Below are positions 51,001 through 59,446 of a DNA stretch of 64,000 nt, piece by piece. The translations under genes were made by a program, and so were the position numbers. Numbering within the stretch: position 1 is the stretch's first letter; the number at the start of each line of letters is the position of its first letter. Source of the DNA: Octopus sinensis (lineage: Eukaryota); the NCBI RefSeq assembly GCF_006345805.1, contig NC_043002.1:62001-126000 (forward strand), read 5' to 3'. The notes beneath the pieces are model-generated. The model was not told the DNA's origin. It worked only from the letters and a program-made list of their open reading frames with translations, and did not search any database.

Positions 51001-54000
51001 ATTTATTATTATAGATGGAGTTTTTCTTGCCATCATTTCATGGGTCAAAGGGGCGTGCACTATCAACTATATAGCATATATGGTGCCCCTTGTCCACCAC
51101 CACAAGGTCCGGTCTGTTATGCTCTAACACTTGACCTGTTTGGATTGAGAAATCCCAGAGGATTTTGCTAGTCCCCAACTCCTTCGCTCACCGTGGTTTG
51201 TGCTCATACCACATTTTGCATCTCTCCAGGACCCACTTTTCACACAGTTCCCAGAGTAGCACTTTTGCTACCTGATCATATCACCACAACTGTGATGGGA
51301 ATAAGTGGGAAGGGCACTTGAAGTTGGTTAGGAGGGAGCAGCAAAGAGAAAAGGGGTTGAGGAGAAGTGTTGATAGTAGATCATTACCCATGATGAAGGT
51401 GTGAGTGAGTGTTGAGTTAAACAGGGAACTTAAACAAGAAAGGAGAGAAATATTTTGCTGCATGTTTTAAATAAGTAACAAAAGGAAAGGTAAAGTTGTG
51501 TAGTCATTGAGAAGTGAGGTTGAATTCACTTCAGTCTTTGCTGTTGGAACAAACAAACAAACAAACTAAATTAAATACTTTTTAAATTTTAAAAAATACT
51601 TTTTCACTAAAAGAGAGACATGTCTTAAAACTGACGGGTAATGCGATGTGGGATTTCTGAATATTGAAAGGTAGCCAACGGAAGGATTGATTCAGTAAAT
51701 CAAAATGTTGAATCACTGCTTTATTCTGACTTTATTTGTTGATACGATTGCTTTTCTGCTCGCTGTTTATTCCCCCATCTTCAATTCTACCTGAAATCTA
51801 TCAATTTAAAACACTTTCTCATTCACACCAAATGACAGCTCCTCACATTTTTCTTCGCATAACATTCAAACTTATCCAAATGCATAGCTGTAACAGTTAC
51901 ATAATCATCATCATCATCATCGTTTAGCATCCGCTTTCCATGCTAGCATGGGTTGGACGATTTTGACTGAGGACTGGTGAACCAGATGGCTGCACCTGGC
52001 TCCAATCTTGATCTGGTAGAGTTTCTACAGCTGGAGGGCCAGTCAGGCGGTACTGGCAATGACCTTGCTAATATTTTTACACATGCCACTGGCACAGGTG
52101 CCAGTAAGGCAATGCTAGTAATGTTTACGCTCGAATGGAGTCCTTTTACGTGCCACAGCATGGGGGCCAGTCAGGCGGCACTGGCAACGATCTCACTTGA
52201 ATCTTTTTACACATGTCACTGGCACAGGTGCCAGTAAGGCGACACTGGTAACGATCATGCTCGAATGGTGTCCTTTTACATGCCACCGGCACGGAAGCCA
52301 GTTAGCCGCTCTGGCAACAATCTGGCAATGTTTCTGCTAATTAAAAAATGGTGTTTCTTTTAAGTATTTTTATTTTGTAAAATTTTATAAATTTATTAAA
52401 TAATGTAGGTTATTACATTTATTTTTTATGGAACCATCTCAATAAATCTAGCAGATGTGAAATAATATCTTTTCAGGAATTGTTCATATTTAAGAAATAT
52501 AAATTTTATTTCTACAATTTTTATTATAGGACAAAGAGATCTACTGATCCTGAATCCCTGAAAGTCCTTTATACAGTTTATGGAAATGCTATTGATCAAA
52601 CACAACTGGAAAATTTGCTGAAAAGTAGTTGCGGTGTAGACTGTTGTAACTTCAATGGTTTATGTGTTGCCCCGAATTCTTTACAAATAAATGGTAAGCA
52701 CTTTCTGTCATATTGCATCCACTTTTTCTATGCTGCCATAAATTGGATAATCTATCAATTTTTGTATTTTCTCCTGAATCATTTAATCAGATAAGTATTT
52801 TAATAAAGGGCTCCTTGTTTTAATGCTAAACGTTTCAACCATGATGTGTAATCGCAACCAATTTTTTTCAGTTTGCAATCTATCTTGTAACAATTATAAC
52901 AGAGTTTACAACTTGTCACCAAAGAAATCATTTCTATATCGCAGCAAGTCTGCCTTATGAACTGAACTACAACAATTGTAGTTCAGATTAATGAATTTAC
53001 AAATTTAACTCATGTTAAACTTATATTTGTGTTAGTAAAAGAGTCTGTACTTTTATTTGCCAAGCTCAATTCTTGTATGACTTCATACTTCCATGTGATT
53101 GTTTGACGTACGGGTTTGATTGTATGAATATCACATTCTAACTTTCCTAGTTTAATACAAATGAATCAACAACAAAAAAATTTTATTGATTGAATGAAAT
53201 CTGAAAGAAAAAGATTCTATCATCTTCTGTTGTCATGTTTTGTTGAGAACATTCCTAATGTATCGTTTAGTTCGGTTCATCTCTAAAGTCTACTTGAACT
53301 GGCAGAAAACTTTCAGGAGTCATATTAATGAAATGGCTAAACAAATGAACTGTCTTACTTAATCTATAAATTGTCTTATTTAATCTATAATCCAAAAGTC
53401 CTAACCATTTTTAGCTTCTACAGAAGCCTCATGTGTCCTAAATGTAAGGCAATTTTGTGTTACTCATTTTCTGCCATTAGAAAAGTAATAAAACACCTAG
53501 ACAAATATCTCCAGGCTCTTAGAAGATTATATTTTTTACCAAATACTGAATAAAATGGTCCAAGATAGTTTTATTACAAGGGCTTAGGAAAATTCTTCCC
53601 CAACATTTACTTGAAAATGATAGTTCAGATCTAGAGATCAGAGCTAATCAAACTCACTTTTGTAATTTTCTCAGATAATCTCAGAATTACATAATGTGGT
53701 CAGTCCCATGCCTCTAAATATTGCTTTAATGTCTCACTGTGATTGGCCTGGTTTTTTCTGGAAGTCTCTTGTGGTTAAAATATGTAATCACTGAAAGAGT
53801 ATCCAGTCAGAGCCAAGATCTTCAAAGAACAACTTCCTTCTCCAGTTAACATGAACTGTTTGCTTCCAAACCACAGGGCTGTGGGTTTGGTCCCACTACA
53901 TGGCACCTTGGGCAAGTGTCTTCCACTATAGCTTCAAGCTAACCAATGCCTTGTGTGTGGATTTAATTGAGGGAAACTAAAAGAAGCCTGTTTATATATA

Positions 54001-56092
54001 CATATATGTGTGCATATATATATGTATATATATATATATACGTATATGTGTATATATGTATGTATATATGTATGTATATGTGTATGTGTATATATGTGTG
54101 TGTGCATGTATGTATGTATGTGTATCTTTGCATCTGTGTTTGCTCCTCTGCTGCTTGACAACAAGTGTTAGTGTGTTTAGGCTCCTGTGACCTAGTGGTT
54201 CAGCAAAAGAGATTGATAGAATAAGTACTAGGCTTCAAAAAGTACTGGGATCGATTCAGTTGACCAAAATTTCTTCGAAGCAGTGCCCTAGCATGGCCAC
54301 AGTCTAATGACTGAAACTAGATTAAAATAAATGAGTCAGGGCAGTTAAGAAAGCACTTTCTAAGGTAGAAATGAATGCCTCAGATGTAAGCAGTGCTTCC
54401 ACATTGAACTAAAAACTTTACATTATTGCTATGTCTTGTCTTTCTGACCAGCCACAGCAATAATGATGGCAGTGATTGAATACTAGAAAATATTATTTGA
54501 ATAACTACTATTTAACTTTGACACTGGATCAGCAATCACCCACTTCTACATTCATTAACAAACATTACTACCTTGTCAATGCTATTTATCATTTTGGCAT
54601 GAAAAACACTTCTTATAATTCTCTTTTTGTGATTACATTCATCTGTCAAATCTGAGACAGTTGCAGTCCAAAACACAATGTTCTCTTTGCCAGGGGATTT
54701 ACAGCAATATTTTTAATATTTTCTCCTTTTTTTTTTTTTTTTTTTTTGATAATGTTTTGTAGCCCAAGATATGTGCAATGAAAACATTTGTGATTCAATG
54801 AGTACAAACTGTACACAAGAGGAAAAGGGTTTTAGATGTGTTTGTAAACCAGGTTTTGAGACTTCTCCCCAATATGACTTGTTTAAATGTAAAGGTAAGT
54901 GCAACATTAGGGTCAAAGAGTGGAAATAAGTTAAAGTTAAACAGAGTAAAAAAAAAAAAAAAAGTTAATTCTATTTGCTCTAATTTTTCTAATTATTAAT
55001 TTTGCAAAGAGATTATTTTAATGCTTTCCAGTGAATAGAAAATTTTATTATAAAAATAATTTTGACATAGATATTGCCAAGTATTTATTATATGTGGATA
55101 AAGCCTTATGTAACATTTAATCCACTCTCTAAATTCAATATAAACCTTTCACAATTTGAAGAACATCTGGATCGGGATCTTTTCTGTTTGGTTGCCAGCA
55201 GCACTAAAAATTAAAGTTTACCAAAAATTCTAAAATTTGACACAATAATACACTTGCTTAAGCTGAATTGCTGGGGTTATTTCATTTTTACAAGAAAAAT
55301 GTTTTTAAAAAGTCATAGAGGTTTTAAAGTTTCATAATTTTCACCAAGGAAACAGGATTTTGAAGCTGTCATTTTCTGCGTCATCAACATCCTCAAAATA
55401 GCACACGTTGTCAGTATTTATAAACAACATGTGTTATGTCTCTGGTAATTTTCTTTCATGTAAATAAATATTCATCTTAATTCGAAAGAGAAAACAGTTT
55501 TAAACCTCTGAGCGAGATGTTGGCAAATAAACTTTAATGTAAAAGATTTATCAAAAAAATCTTATTTAGCTGTTATTTTTAGCACATTTCACAACCACCT
55601 CAATGTCCAATGACAAAAAGAAATGAGTAAAGAAGACTGCTGTCAACACATGCTTCCTTGCAGACTTTTCAAAGACTATTACCACAGCAACAGGCAAAAG
55701 AGTTTTCAAGTTAACTATCGAAATTGATATGAATGTGTCTGTGGCTTACAATCGGCTAAAATTACCAAAATTTTCGAACTTATTTTTCCAATAACTCTTT
55801 ATTTATTGATCTTCCACATCATTAATTAGCCTATGAAAGTGTATCATTACACTGAATATGAAATCAATTCAAACAGACAATTGATGCTGGCCACCACTGG
55901 CAACCAAACAGAAAAGATCCCTGGCTTTTATAAATTAATGATTGTAATGTTGTGGTTTTTCTAATTTAGATATTGATGAATGCAACACTATTCAACCTTG
56001 TGGAAGTATCCCTTGCTCAAATACATTTGGTGGTTACAAATGTTTATGTAAATCTGGTCATGTCTTTAAGAATAAAAGTAAATCTTGTGTTG
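125..56092 (+). CDS. Multi-exon gene (partial, open at both ends): VWD / Ig-cadherin-like / EGF / cbEGF / SEA mucin-like protein, MUC4-SUSD2-related
   Basis: 14 exons with AG acceptors and GT donors (one GC). Phases chain without a stop: 2-0, 0-0, 0-1, 1-1 x6, 1-0, 0-2, 2-1, 1-1, 1-1; 1982 coding nt. DIDEC cbEGF motifs, VWD-like motifs and many N-x-S/T sequons. Family assignment by recall of domain motifs. Confidence 0.88.
1012..1385 (-). mobile_element. Penelope-like terminal fragment nested in the Dong-like LINE
   Basis: Splits the RT between ..KALDIY and ISPVISKF at a GATATA(TA) site; carries a hammerhead motif. Confidence 0.55.
1097..1146 (-). ncRNA. Minimal type I hammerhead ribozyme motif (U4C variant)
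   Basis: Minus strand TCT-CCGATGA-A-GGGATATT attaata AATATCCT-A-GAAA-CAGCTG-TA-AGA: 8-bp stem II, palindromic ACAGCTGT stem III, GUA triplet, 3-bp stem I. Confidence 0.65.
2940..3830 (+). mobile_element. Two further decayed Dong-like 3' ends (REL endonuclease region), head to tail
   Basis: [17 protein letters not shown]...IIVGARG...(QK)AALLG and [24 protein letters not shown]...II; short AAC/AAT-like tail near 3815-3843. Confidence 0.7.
5828..6023. mobile_element. piggyBac-type MITE (CCCTTTAGC termini)
   Basis: tgaa|CCCTTTAGC ... GCTGAAGGG|ttaa; related copy at 28444..28663. Confidence 0.6.
6600..7372 (+). mobile_element. RTE LINE 5' UTR plus first codons of the APE endonuclease
   Basis: GC-rich block with GGCAACCCTCCTAGGAGAGGAAAACTC motif typical of RTE 5' UTRs (recall), followed by degenerate ...LKVDCWNVR. 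Confidence 0.6.
7896..8012 (+). CDS. Exon 2, VWD: [39 protein letters not shown]
   Basis: tttttatttaaatctAG acceptor, GAG|GTATTT donor, 117 nt open, phase 0-0 fits exons 1 and 3; not in the ORF track. Confidence 0.75.
8072..8203. repeat. Compound (CTT)4 then (CTG/TTG)40 microsatellite
   Basis: Seen directly; explains the poly-L, poly-A and poly-S/N ORFs in the track. Confidence 0.95.
9130..10480 (+). mobile_element. Decayed RTE LINE fragments running into the RTE 3' UTR repeat and (GAT)n tail
   Basis: Same sequence family as 48078..49415 (GGTAGTCC..GAA.ACATGGGACGAGGTGGTGAAGCACGATC; ...GACATTAAATGATGATGAT). Confidence 0.8.
11000..12420 (-). mobile_element. Highly decayed CR1/Jockey-like LINE RT
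   Basis: Minus-strand remnants [10 protein letters not shown] (ALDISKAF-like), [15 protein letters not shown]. Confidence 0.55.
12689..12845 (+). CDS. Exon 3, VWD C-term: [52 protein letters not shown]
   Basis: ttattttgtAG acceptor, T|GTAAGT donor; LP...GLL...PNG...SSER matches VWD C-terminal motif. Confidence 0.85.
13780..14230 (-). mobile_element. RTE APE-endonuclease fragment
   Basis: Remnants resembling [32 protein letters not shown]. Confidence 0.7.
14379..14597 (-). mobile_element. RTE-3'-UTR-derived short repeat (abundant family); other copies near 707-800, 12975-13180, 16590-16848, 19515-19890, 24100-24175, 25850-26175, 27420-27740, 32140-32320, 40988-41176, 43587-43950, 51905-52320, 60500-60660, 61850-62040, 62226-62384
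   Basis: Shared CATCATCGTTTAACGTCCG(T/C)TTTCCATGCTAGCATGGGTTGGACG...CTGGCAGAGTTTCTACAGCTGGATGCCCTTCCTAA core; contiguous with the RTE ORF end at 48992-49415. Confidence 0.85.
14797..14976. repeat. Minisatellite, 9 x 20 bp with alternating A/B monomers
   Basis: A = GAGCCTATTGATTACATATA, B = GAACCTATTGATCACATGTA, ABABABA then two degenerate units. Confidence 0.95.
15570..15812 (+). CDS. Exon 4, post-VWD Cys-rich region: (C)[11 protein letters not shown]...TCQDNDMFC...YFERI
   Basis: atatttcAG acceptor, G|GTGAGT donor, 243 nt phase 1-1, inside ORF 15443..15895. Confidence 0.85.
15954..16079. mobile_element. 126-bp piggyBac-type MITE
   Basis: TTAA|CCCTTTGAGCCCTG ... CAGGCTCAAAAGG|TTAA. Confidence 0.7.
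16905..16962 (+). ncRNA. Minimal type I hammerhead ribozyme motif (U16.1 to C)
   Basis: AGCT-CTGATGA-A-GCTGTA actcagagactgcatag TACAGC-A-GAAA-CAGCTG-CA-GGCT: perfect core, 6-bp stem II, 4-bp stem I. Confidence 0.75.
17530..17990 (-). mobile_element. Possible decayed L1/Tx1-like RT fragment
   Basis: Weak remnants ([11 protein letters not shown] resembling AFDSVNWEFM; upstream K..GDELKP). Confidence 0.3.
18681..18824 (+). CDS. Exon 5, Ig/cadherin-like start: (E)[47 protein letters not shown]
   Basis: ttctttccAG acceptor, G|GTAAAT donor, 144 nt phase 1-1; N-x-PP-F and A-x-D-x-N-x-D motifs. Confidence 0.85.
18885..20035 (-). mobile_element. tRNA/CORE-type SINE split by a foldback element and an RTE-tail repeat
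   Basis: CAGTCAT..GACTG..CATGCTGGAGCACC part at 18885-19080; GGGCTTCTTTCAGTTTCC...GTGG.ATTGAACCTGGAAC part at 19895-20035. Confidence 0.7.
19085..19471. mobile_element. Foldback element with 114-bp imperfect inverted repeats
   Basis: 19085..19198 is the reverse complement of 19358..19471 with scattered mismatches. Confidence 0.8.
21140..23090 (-). mobile_element. Two tandem decayed RTE fragments (RT with embedded PHD-type finger)
   Basis: ORFs 22365..23075 and 21615..21848: [66 protein letters not shown]. Confidence 0.85.
23364..23549 (+). CDS. Exon 6: (D)[61 protein letters not shown]
   Basis: tctcttcAG acceptor, A|GTATGT donor, 186 nt phase 1-1; A-x-D-x-x-GA strand then first half of an EGF-like unit. 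Confidence 0.88.
24457..25083. mobile_element. hAT-type MITE, 627 bp, about 270-bp TIRs, 8-bp TSD
   Basis: CAGGG...CCCTG termini; arms 24457..24725 and 24813..25083; ATTATAAT on both sides (24449-24456, 25084-25091). Confidence 0.9.
25095..25545 (-). mobile_element. Near-complete tRNA-derived CORE-type SINE; other copies about 34960-39623 (split), 40595-40975, 53835-54320 (+), 57340-57489, 59690-59830
   Basis: Minus strand TGGCTGTGTGG A-box-like, GGTTCAGTCC B-box-like, then GGCACCTTGGGCAAGTG CORE-like motif; internal (CA/TA)n. Confidence 0.8.
26570..27400 (+). mobile_element. Decayed RTE RT C-terminal fragment with PHD-type finger
   Basis: [27 protein letters not shown]; [14 protein letters not shown]. 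Confidence 0.8.
27831..28016 (+). CDS. Exon 7, EGF-like x2: (I)[61 protein letters not shown]
   Basis: tgttttttAG acceptor; donor must be G|GCAAGT (GC-AG) to stay in frame with exon 8; EGF Cys spacing. Confidence 0.9.
28444..28663. mobile_element. piggyBac-type MITE
   Basis: TTAA|CCCTTTAGCATT ... AATGCTAAAGAG|TTAA. Confidence 0.7.
29466..30600 (-). mobile_element. Decayed mariner (mellifera/cecropia-like); only one TIR retained
   Basis: TA|TTAGGTTGGCAACTAAG TIR; ORFs 30333..30560 (HTH) and 29733..30053 (MLCVWWD, LLHDNA.PH). Confidence 0.85.
31040..31159 (+). CDS. Exon 8, EGF (cbEGF-like): (D)[39 protein letters not shown]
   Basis: ttattacAG acceptor, G|GTGAGT donor, 120 nt phase 1-1, six Cys; below the ORF-track length cutoff. 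Confidence 0.92.
32900..33700 (-). mobile_element. Highly decayed CR1-like RT
   Basis: YLDSKKEFD and ENMNWQER...DLIKG remnants. Confidence 0.45.
33705..34460 (+). mobile_element. Decayed, internally deleted mariner
   Basis: From ATG 33858: [25 protein letters not shown]...DDQRSG...[12 protein letters not shown] (WVPHEL motif). Confidence 0.8.
35120..36376 (-). mobile_element. Full-length mariner, 1257 bp, frameshifted DD34D transposase (about 35193..36209)
   Basis: 37-bp TIRs (T/C)GAGGG.CGTTCAATAAGTAAT..C.CTGACCCACTT, TA on both sides; [19 protein letters not shown]; at least two frameshifts. Confidence 0.95.
36790..38650. repeat. Degenerate (CCCTAA)-like repeats on both sides of the CR1 (36790-36945, 38533-38650)
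   Basis: TAACCCTAACCCTAAAACCC / TAACTCTAAAACC units seen directly. Confidence 0.85.
36950..38535 (+). mobile_element. Young 5'-truncated CR1-clade LINE with uninterrupted RT frame and (ATT)n tail
   Basis: Frame open from about 36952 to stop 38436 (ORF 37189..38436 is its 3' part): [31 protein letters not shown]; (ATT)n at about 38488-38533. Confidence 0.95.
40187..40410 (-). mobile_element. Penelope-like element 3' end: GIY-YIG-region tail plus hammerhead-like motif
   Basis: Peptide [22 protein letters not shown] (40276..40410), then TTC-TTGAGGA-TG-GGGT cataa ACCT-GAAA-TATT-GAA. Confidence 0.55.
41790..42570 (-). mobile_element. Decayed, internally deleted mariner
   Basis: ORFs 42179..42418 (HTH) and 41832..42161 ([23 protein letters not shown]). 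Confidence 0.85.
42763..42888 (+). CDS. Exon 9, calcium-binding EGF: (D)[41 protein letters not shown]
   Basis: cttttctcatAG acceptor, C|GTAAGT donor, canonical DIDEC...C-x-N-x-x-GSF-x-C. Confidence 0.95.
42990..43370 (+). mobile_element. Second tRNA-derived SINE family; fragments also near 15040-15340 (-) and 28790-29150 (-)
   Basis: GGAGGCGCAATGGCCCAGTGGTTAG A-box-like, GTTTCAATTCC B-box-like; shared AATCTCCC.GAGAACTAC.TTAAGGG segment. Confidence 0.65.
44100..44233 (+). CDS. Exon 10, SEA-like N-term: (L)[44 protein letters not shown]
   Basis: ttctgtattacAG acceptor, TCA|GTAAGT donor, phase 1-0; F-x-G-x-x-x-I...L-x-D-x-x-S-x-EY pattern of SEA domains. Confidence 0.85.
44760..45890 (-). mobile_element. 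Older decayed CR1 copy of the same family as 36950..38535
   Basis: ORFs 45419..45742 and 45034..45399: MVKLSAMG...[16 protein letters not shown]...[16 protein letters not shown]. Confidence 0.9.
45922..45989 (+). CDS. Exon 11, SEA-like middle: [22 protein letters not shown](R)
   Basis: ttatattttAG acceptor, CG|GTAAGT donor, 68 nt phase 0-2 bridges exons 10 and 12. Confidence 0.8.
46310..48048 (-). mobile_element. Decayed R4/Dong-like LINE (RT), 5' end at a (TAA)10 tract
   Basis: ORFs 47379..47810, 47117..47431, 46358..46879: [49 protein letters not shown]. Confidence 0.9.
48078..49415 (+). mobile_element. 5'-truncated RTE LINE with open 303-aa C-terminal frame (PHD-type finger, RT thumb region) and full 3' UTR
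   Basis: ORF 48081..48992: KTKV, C-x2-C-x10-C-x2-C-x4-H-x2-C-x14-C-x2-[25 protein letters not shown]. Confidence 0.92.
49470..50670 (-). mobile_element. Decayed Dong-like 3' part (CCHC knuckle plus REL)
   Basis: ORF 49888..50190: [31 protein letters not shown]. Confidence 0.85.
51070..51290 (-). mobile_element. Dong-like REL fragment
   Basis: [15 protein letters not shown]...WYEHKP...[10 protein letters not shown]...[11 protein letters not shown]. Confidence 0.7.
52530..52693 (+). CDS. Exon 12, SEA-like C-term: (R)[54 protein letters not shown]
   Basis: tttttattatAG acceptor, G|GTAAGC donor, phase 2-1. Confidence 0.85.
53290..53730 (+). mobile_element. Possible decayed Jockey/CR1 C-terminal fragment
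   Basis: [18 protein letters not shown]...KHLDK..QALRRL resembles the post-RT region. Confidence 0.35.
54763..54894 (+). CDS. Exon 13, EGF: (A)[43 protein letters not shown]
   Basis: poly-T tract plus gttttgtAG acceptor, G|GTAAGT donor, six-Cys EGF. Confidence 0.92.
55174..55921. mobile_element. MITE-like element with 25-bp perfect TIRs
   Basis: GGGATCTTTTCTGTTTGGTTGCCAG (55174-55198) and its exact reverse complement (55897-55921); no TSD found. Confidence 0.75.
55970..56092 (+). CDS. Exon 14, calcium-binding EGF: (D)[40 protein letters not shown]
   Basis: ctaatttAG acceptor, G|GTGAGT donor, canonical cbEGF. Confidence 0.95.
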
Positions 56093-56126
56093 GTGAGTAT
56101 TTTTATCATATGCCATATGCCCATGA

Positions 56127-56163
<37 letters not shown>

Positions 56164-57330
56164 TACTTGTGCAGACTGAGATTGATCCTTAAGTCGAAAT
56201 TAAACACACTGAATAAGATCGAAGCTATCAACACCTGGGTGGTTTCACTCCTTAGATATGGAGCAGGGGTAATCGCATGGACAGTAGACGAAGTAAACAG
56301 CTTAGACAGAAAGACACGGAAGTTGCTAACTAGATATGGGTCACTCCACCCAAAATGTGACACAGACAGACTGTATGTACCAAGAAAAAGAGAGGGAAGA
56401 GGACTTATTGGATGCAAACAAAGCATGGTATGTAAAAATGCCACAGAACCACTATTATTAGAAGTAAGAAGGTCAGGCTTGTGTAGGATGAAAGATTGCA
56501 AAGATAAAGCCCTGTACAAGCAATTGAAAACAAATGAAACTGAAAATAGGTGGTTAAAGAAAAGAATGCATGGACAATTTCATAGAGATGTTGAAGATAA
56601 GACAGACAGAGGAAAAAAGATGGCTGTGGATGACTAAAAGGGATTTAAAACCAGAAACAGAGGCTCTAATCTTTGCTGCCCAGGAGCAAACACTAAGAGC
56701 AAACTACATAAAATAGAGAATAGACAACACAGCAGAAAGTGATAAGTGCAGAATCTGTGCACAAAATGGTGAAACTGTATGGCATATTACCAGCCAATGT
56801 ATGTCACTAGCTCAGAAGGAATATAAGAGATGCCACAACAATATAGCCAGGTTTGTCCATTGGGCACTTTGCAACAAATATAGACTTAACAGAGCAAAAA
56901 ATTGGTACAACCACAAACCTGAAGGCATTGTTGAAAATAGAAATGCAAAGATCCTATGGGATTTTATGATTCAGTGCGACCATGAGATAGAGAATAGGAA
57001 GCCAGACAAAGTCTTAATTGAGAAAGAAAACAAACTATGCTGGATCATAGATATAGCATGCCCAACTGACAACAAGGTATGCGATAAAGAAGAAAGAAAA
57101 GTCGAGAGATATGACAGATTGGCTTGGGGAGTCGAGCAGTTGTGGTCGGTGAAAAAGGTAGCAGTAGTAGCAATAATTGTCGGAGCCCTGGGAACAGTGA
57201 GTAAAAATCTTGAGGAGTACATAGAACAAATAGGGGCTGCAATAAGGGTGAAGCACTTGCAGAAAACAGCACTGCTTGGAACTGCTCGAATACTCCAGAA
57301 GGTGCTCAAAAAATAAGAGGTGTTACCTTA
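56164..57330 (+). mobile_element. 5'-truncated R4/Dong-like LINE (post-RT, CCHC, REL), starting after (AAT)11
   Basis: ORFs 56110..56637 and 56801..57316: DTDRLYVPR.REGRGL, KILWDFMIQCD..IENRKPD...IIDIACP, KTALLGTARILQKVL. Confidence 0.92.
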
Positions 57331-57489
57331 GTTCACTCTTTTACTCTTTTACTTGTTTCAGACATTTAACTGCAGCCATGCTGGAGCACCACCTTTAGTC
57401 GAGCAAATCAACCCTGGGACTTATTGTTTGTAAGCCCAGTACTTATTCTATTGCTCTCTTTTGCTGAACCGCTAAGTGACGGGGACGTA

Positions 57490-57589
57490 NNNNNNNNNNN
57501 NNNNNNNNNNNNNNNNNNNNNNNNNNNNNNNNNNNNNNNNNNNNNNNNNNNNNNNNNNNNNNNNNNNNNNNNNNNNNNNNNNNNNNNNN
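57490..57589. other. Assembly gap (100 N)
   Basis: Run of N. Confidence 1.
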
Positions 57590-59118
57590 TCATCTGCCCC
57601 TCCTGCCGTGAAGTGGTTCATCTGGGACACCTGACAGGAAGAGATCCAGCTTCATTTTAAAGACATCTGTATCCACCCCATGCAGGTCTCTCAGGTTCTT
57701 CGGGAGGATATTGAAGAGCTGTGGGCCTCGGAAGCCCAGGCTATCACAGAATCTTGTCCTACATCTTGATGGCAGGTTTGGAGTCCTAGGCACCACGCAG
57801 TGGCACCCAGTTCTGGCATTTGCGTAACTCTCGATGCCAAAGTTCAGGACACTTCCCTCCAGGATCTTCCAGATGTATATTATGGCATATCTTTCCCGCC
57901 TACGCTCCAGGGAATATAATTTTAATCTCTTGAGTCTTTCCCAGTAGCTTACATTCTGCATAGAGGCTATCTTCTTTGGTAGCTTCGTTGGGTCGCCTCA
58001 AGTTCTGTGATCAACTTGACACTGGATGGTGACCATAGCTGAGAGCAATAGTCAAAGTGGCTTAGGACAAGTGTCTTCCAGAGGACCATCATGGTTTCTT
58101 GTTCTCTTGTTCTAAAGGTTCTAAGAATCCATCCAGCCAGCCGTCTACATTTCAGTGTCAGTTTAGCAACATGTACATGAAAGGTCGCGTCATCACTCAT
58201 GTGAATACCCAGGTCACGCACTGATTGTGCCTCTGGGATTGCAATCCCCCGGGTCCAGTGTATTCATTGGGTATTGCATTCAGTTTTGCATGCTGATAGT
58301 ATAAAGCTTGAAACTTTCCAGCATTGAACTGCATGCTATTCTTTTCAGCCCACTTGTATATTTCGTCCAGCTCACATTGCAGGTGTTTAGTGTCCTCAGG
58401 GTTCTGTATTGCCTGTGAAACTTTTGTATCATCTGCAAACTTGTGATCGTGGCTCTCTCTGCGTGGCTGAGGGCATGTCTGAGAGGGCCATTATGAAGAG
58501 TAGTGGTCCCAGAACAGTGCCCTGCTGAACACCGCTCACTATTTGTGTGTTAATGGAGGTGGCCCCATTGGCTACTACCACCTGACTTCTATCCTTCGAA
58601 AGTCATGAAGCCATTCTCCCAGTTTTCCAACTATGTTGAGATCACGCAGTTTGTGACATATCATTCCATGATCGACTTTATCAAAGGCCTTTGCAAAGTC
58701 GAGATATATCACTTCCACATTTGAGTGGTTGAGCAGCCGTTTCAGCACCCAGTCATAGTGTTGTAGGAGCTGAGTTAAACAGCTTCTCCCTGGTCGGAAA
58801 CCATGTTGGGTGTCGGGCAGCAAGTCATTCTCTTCAAGGAAGGTGATCAGCTTCCTTCTGACTATTCGTTCCATGACCTTGCTGATGTGTGAGGTCAGAG
58901 AGATAGGTCTATAGTTCTTGGCTTCCGCTCTGCTACCTCCTTTATGAATGGGGCATATTTTACCTTCCTTCAGTTTTCTCTGGAAGTTTGCCAGCTGCAA
59001 GGAAGCTCTGAAAGAGGAACTGCAGTGGTCTTGCTAGGACTCTCTTACATGCTTTTAGGAGATTGCCGGGAATCCATCGGGGCCAGTAGCTGAGTCTGTT
59101 TTCATTTCATCTATAGCC
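57590..59118 (-). mobile_element. Second CR1-clade family, 5'-truncated, few frameshifts, 3' end lost in the gap
   Basis: ORFs 58575..59000, 57967..58221, 57590..57961: [36 protein letters not shown]. Confidence 0.92.
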
Positions 59119-59122
59119 TTGG

Positions 59123-59172
59123 TTACATATATATATATATACATATACATATATATACATTATATATATACC

Positions 59173-59220
<48 letters not shown>

Positions 59221-59314
59221 CATATATATACATATATATATATATATATACATATATATACATATATACATATACATATATATACATATATACATATACA
59301 ATATATACATATAC

Positions 59315-59347
<33 letters not shown>

Positions 59348-59415
59348 CTATATACATATACATATATATATATACATATATATACATATATACATATATA
59401 TATATATACATATAC

Positions 59416-59446
<31 letters not shown>

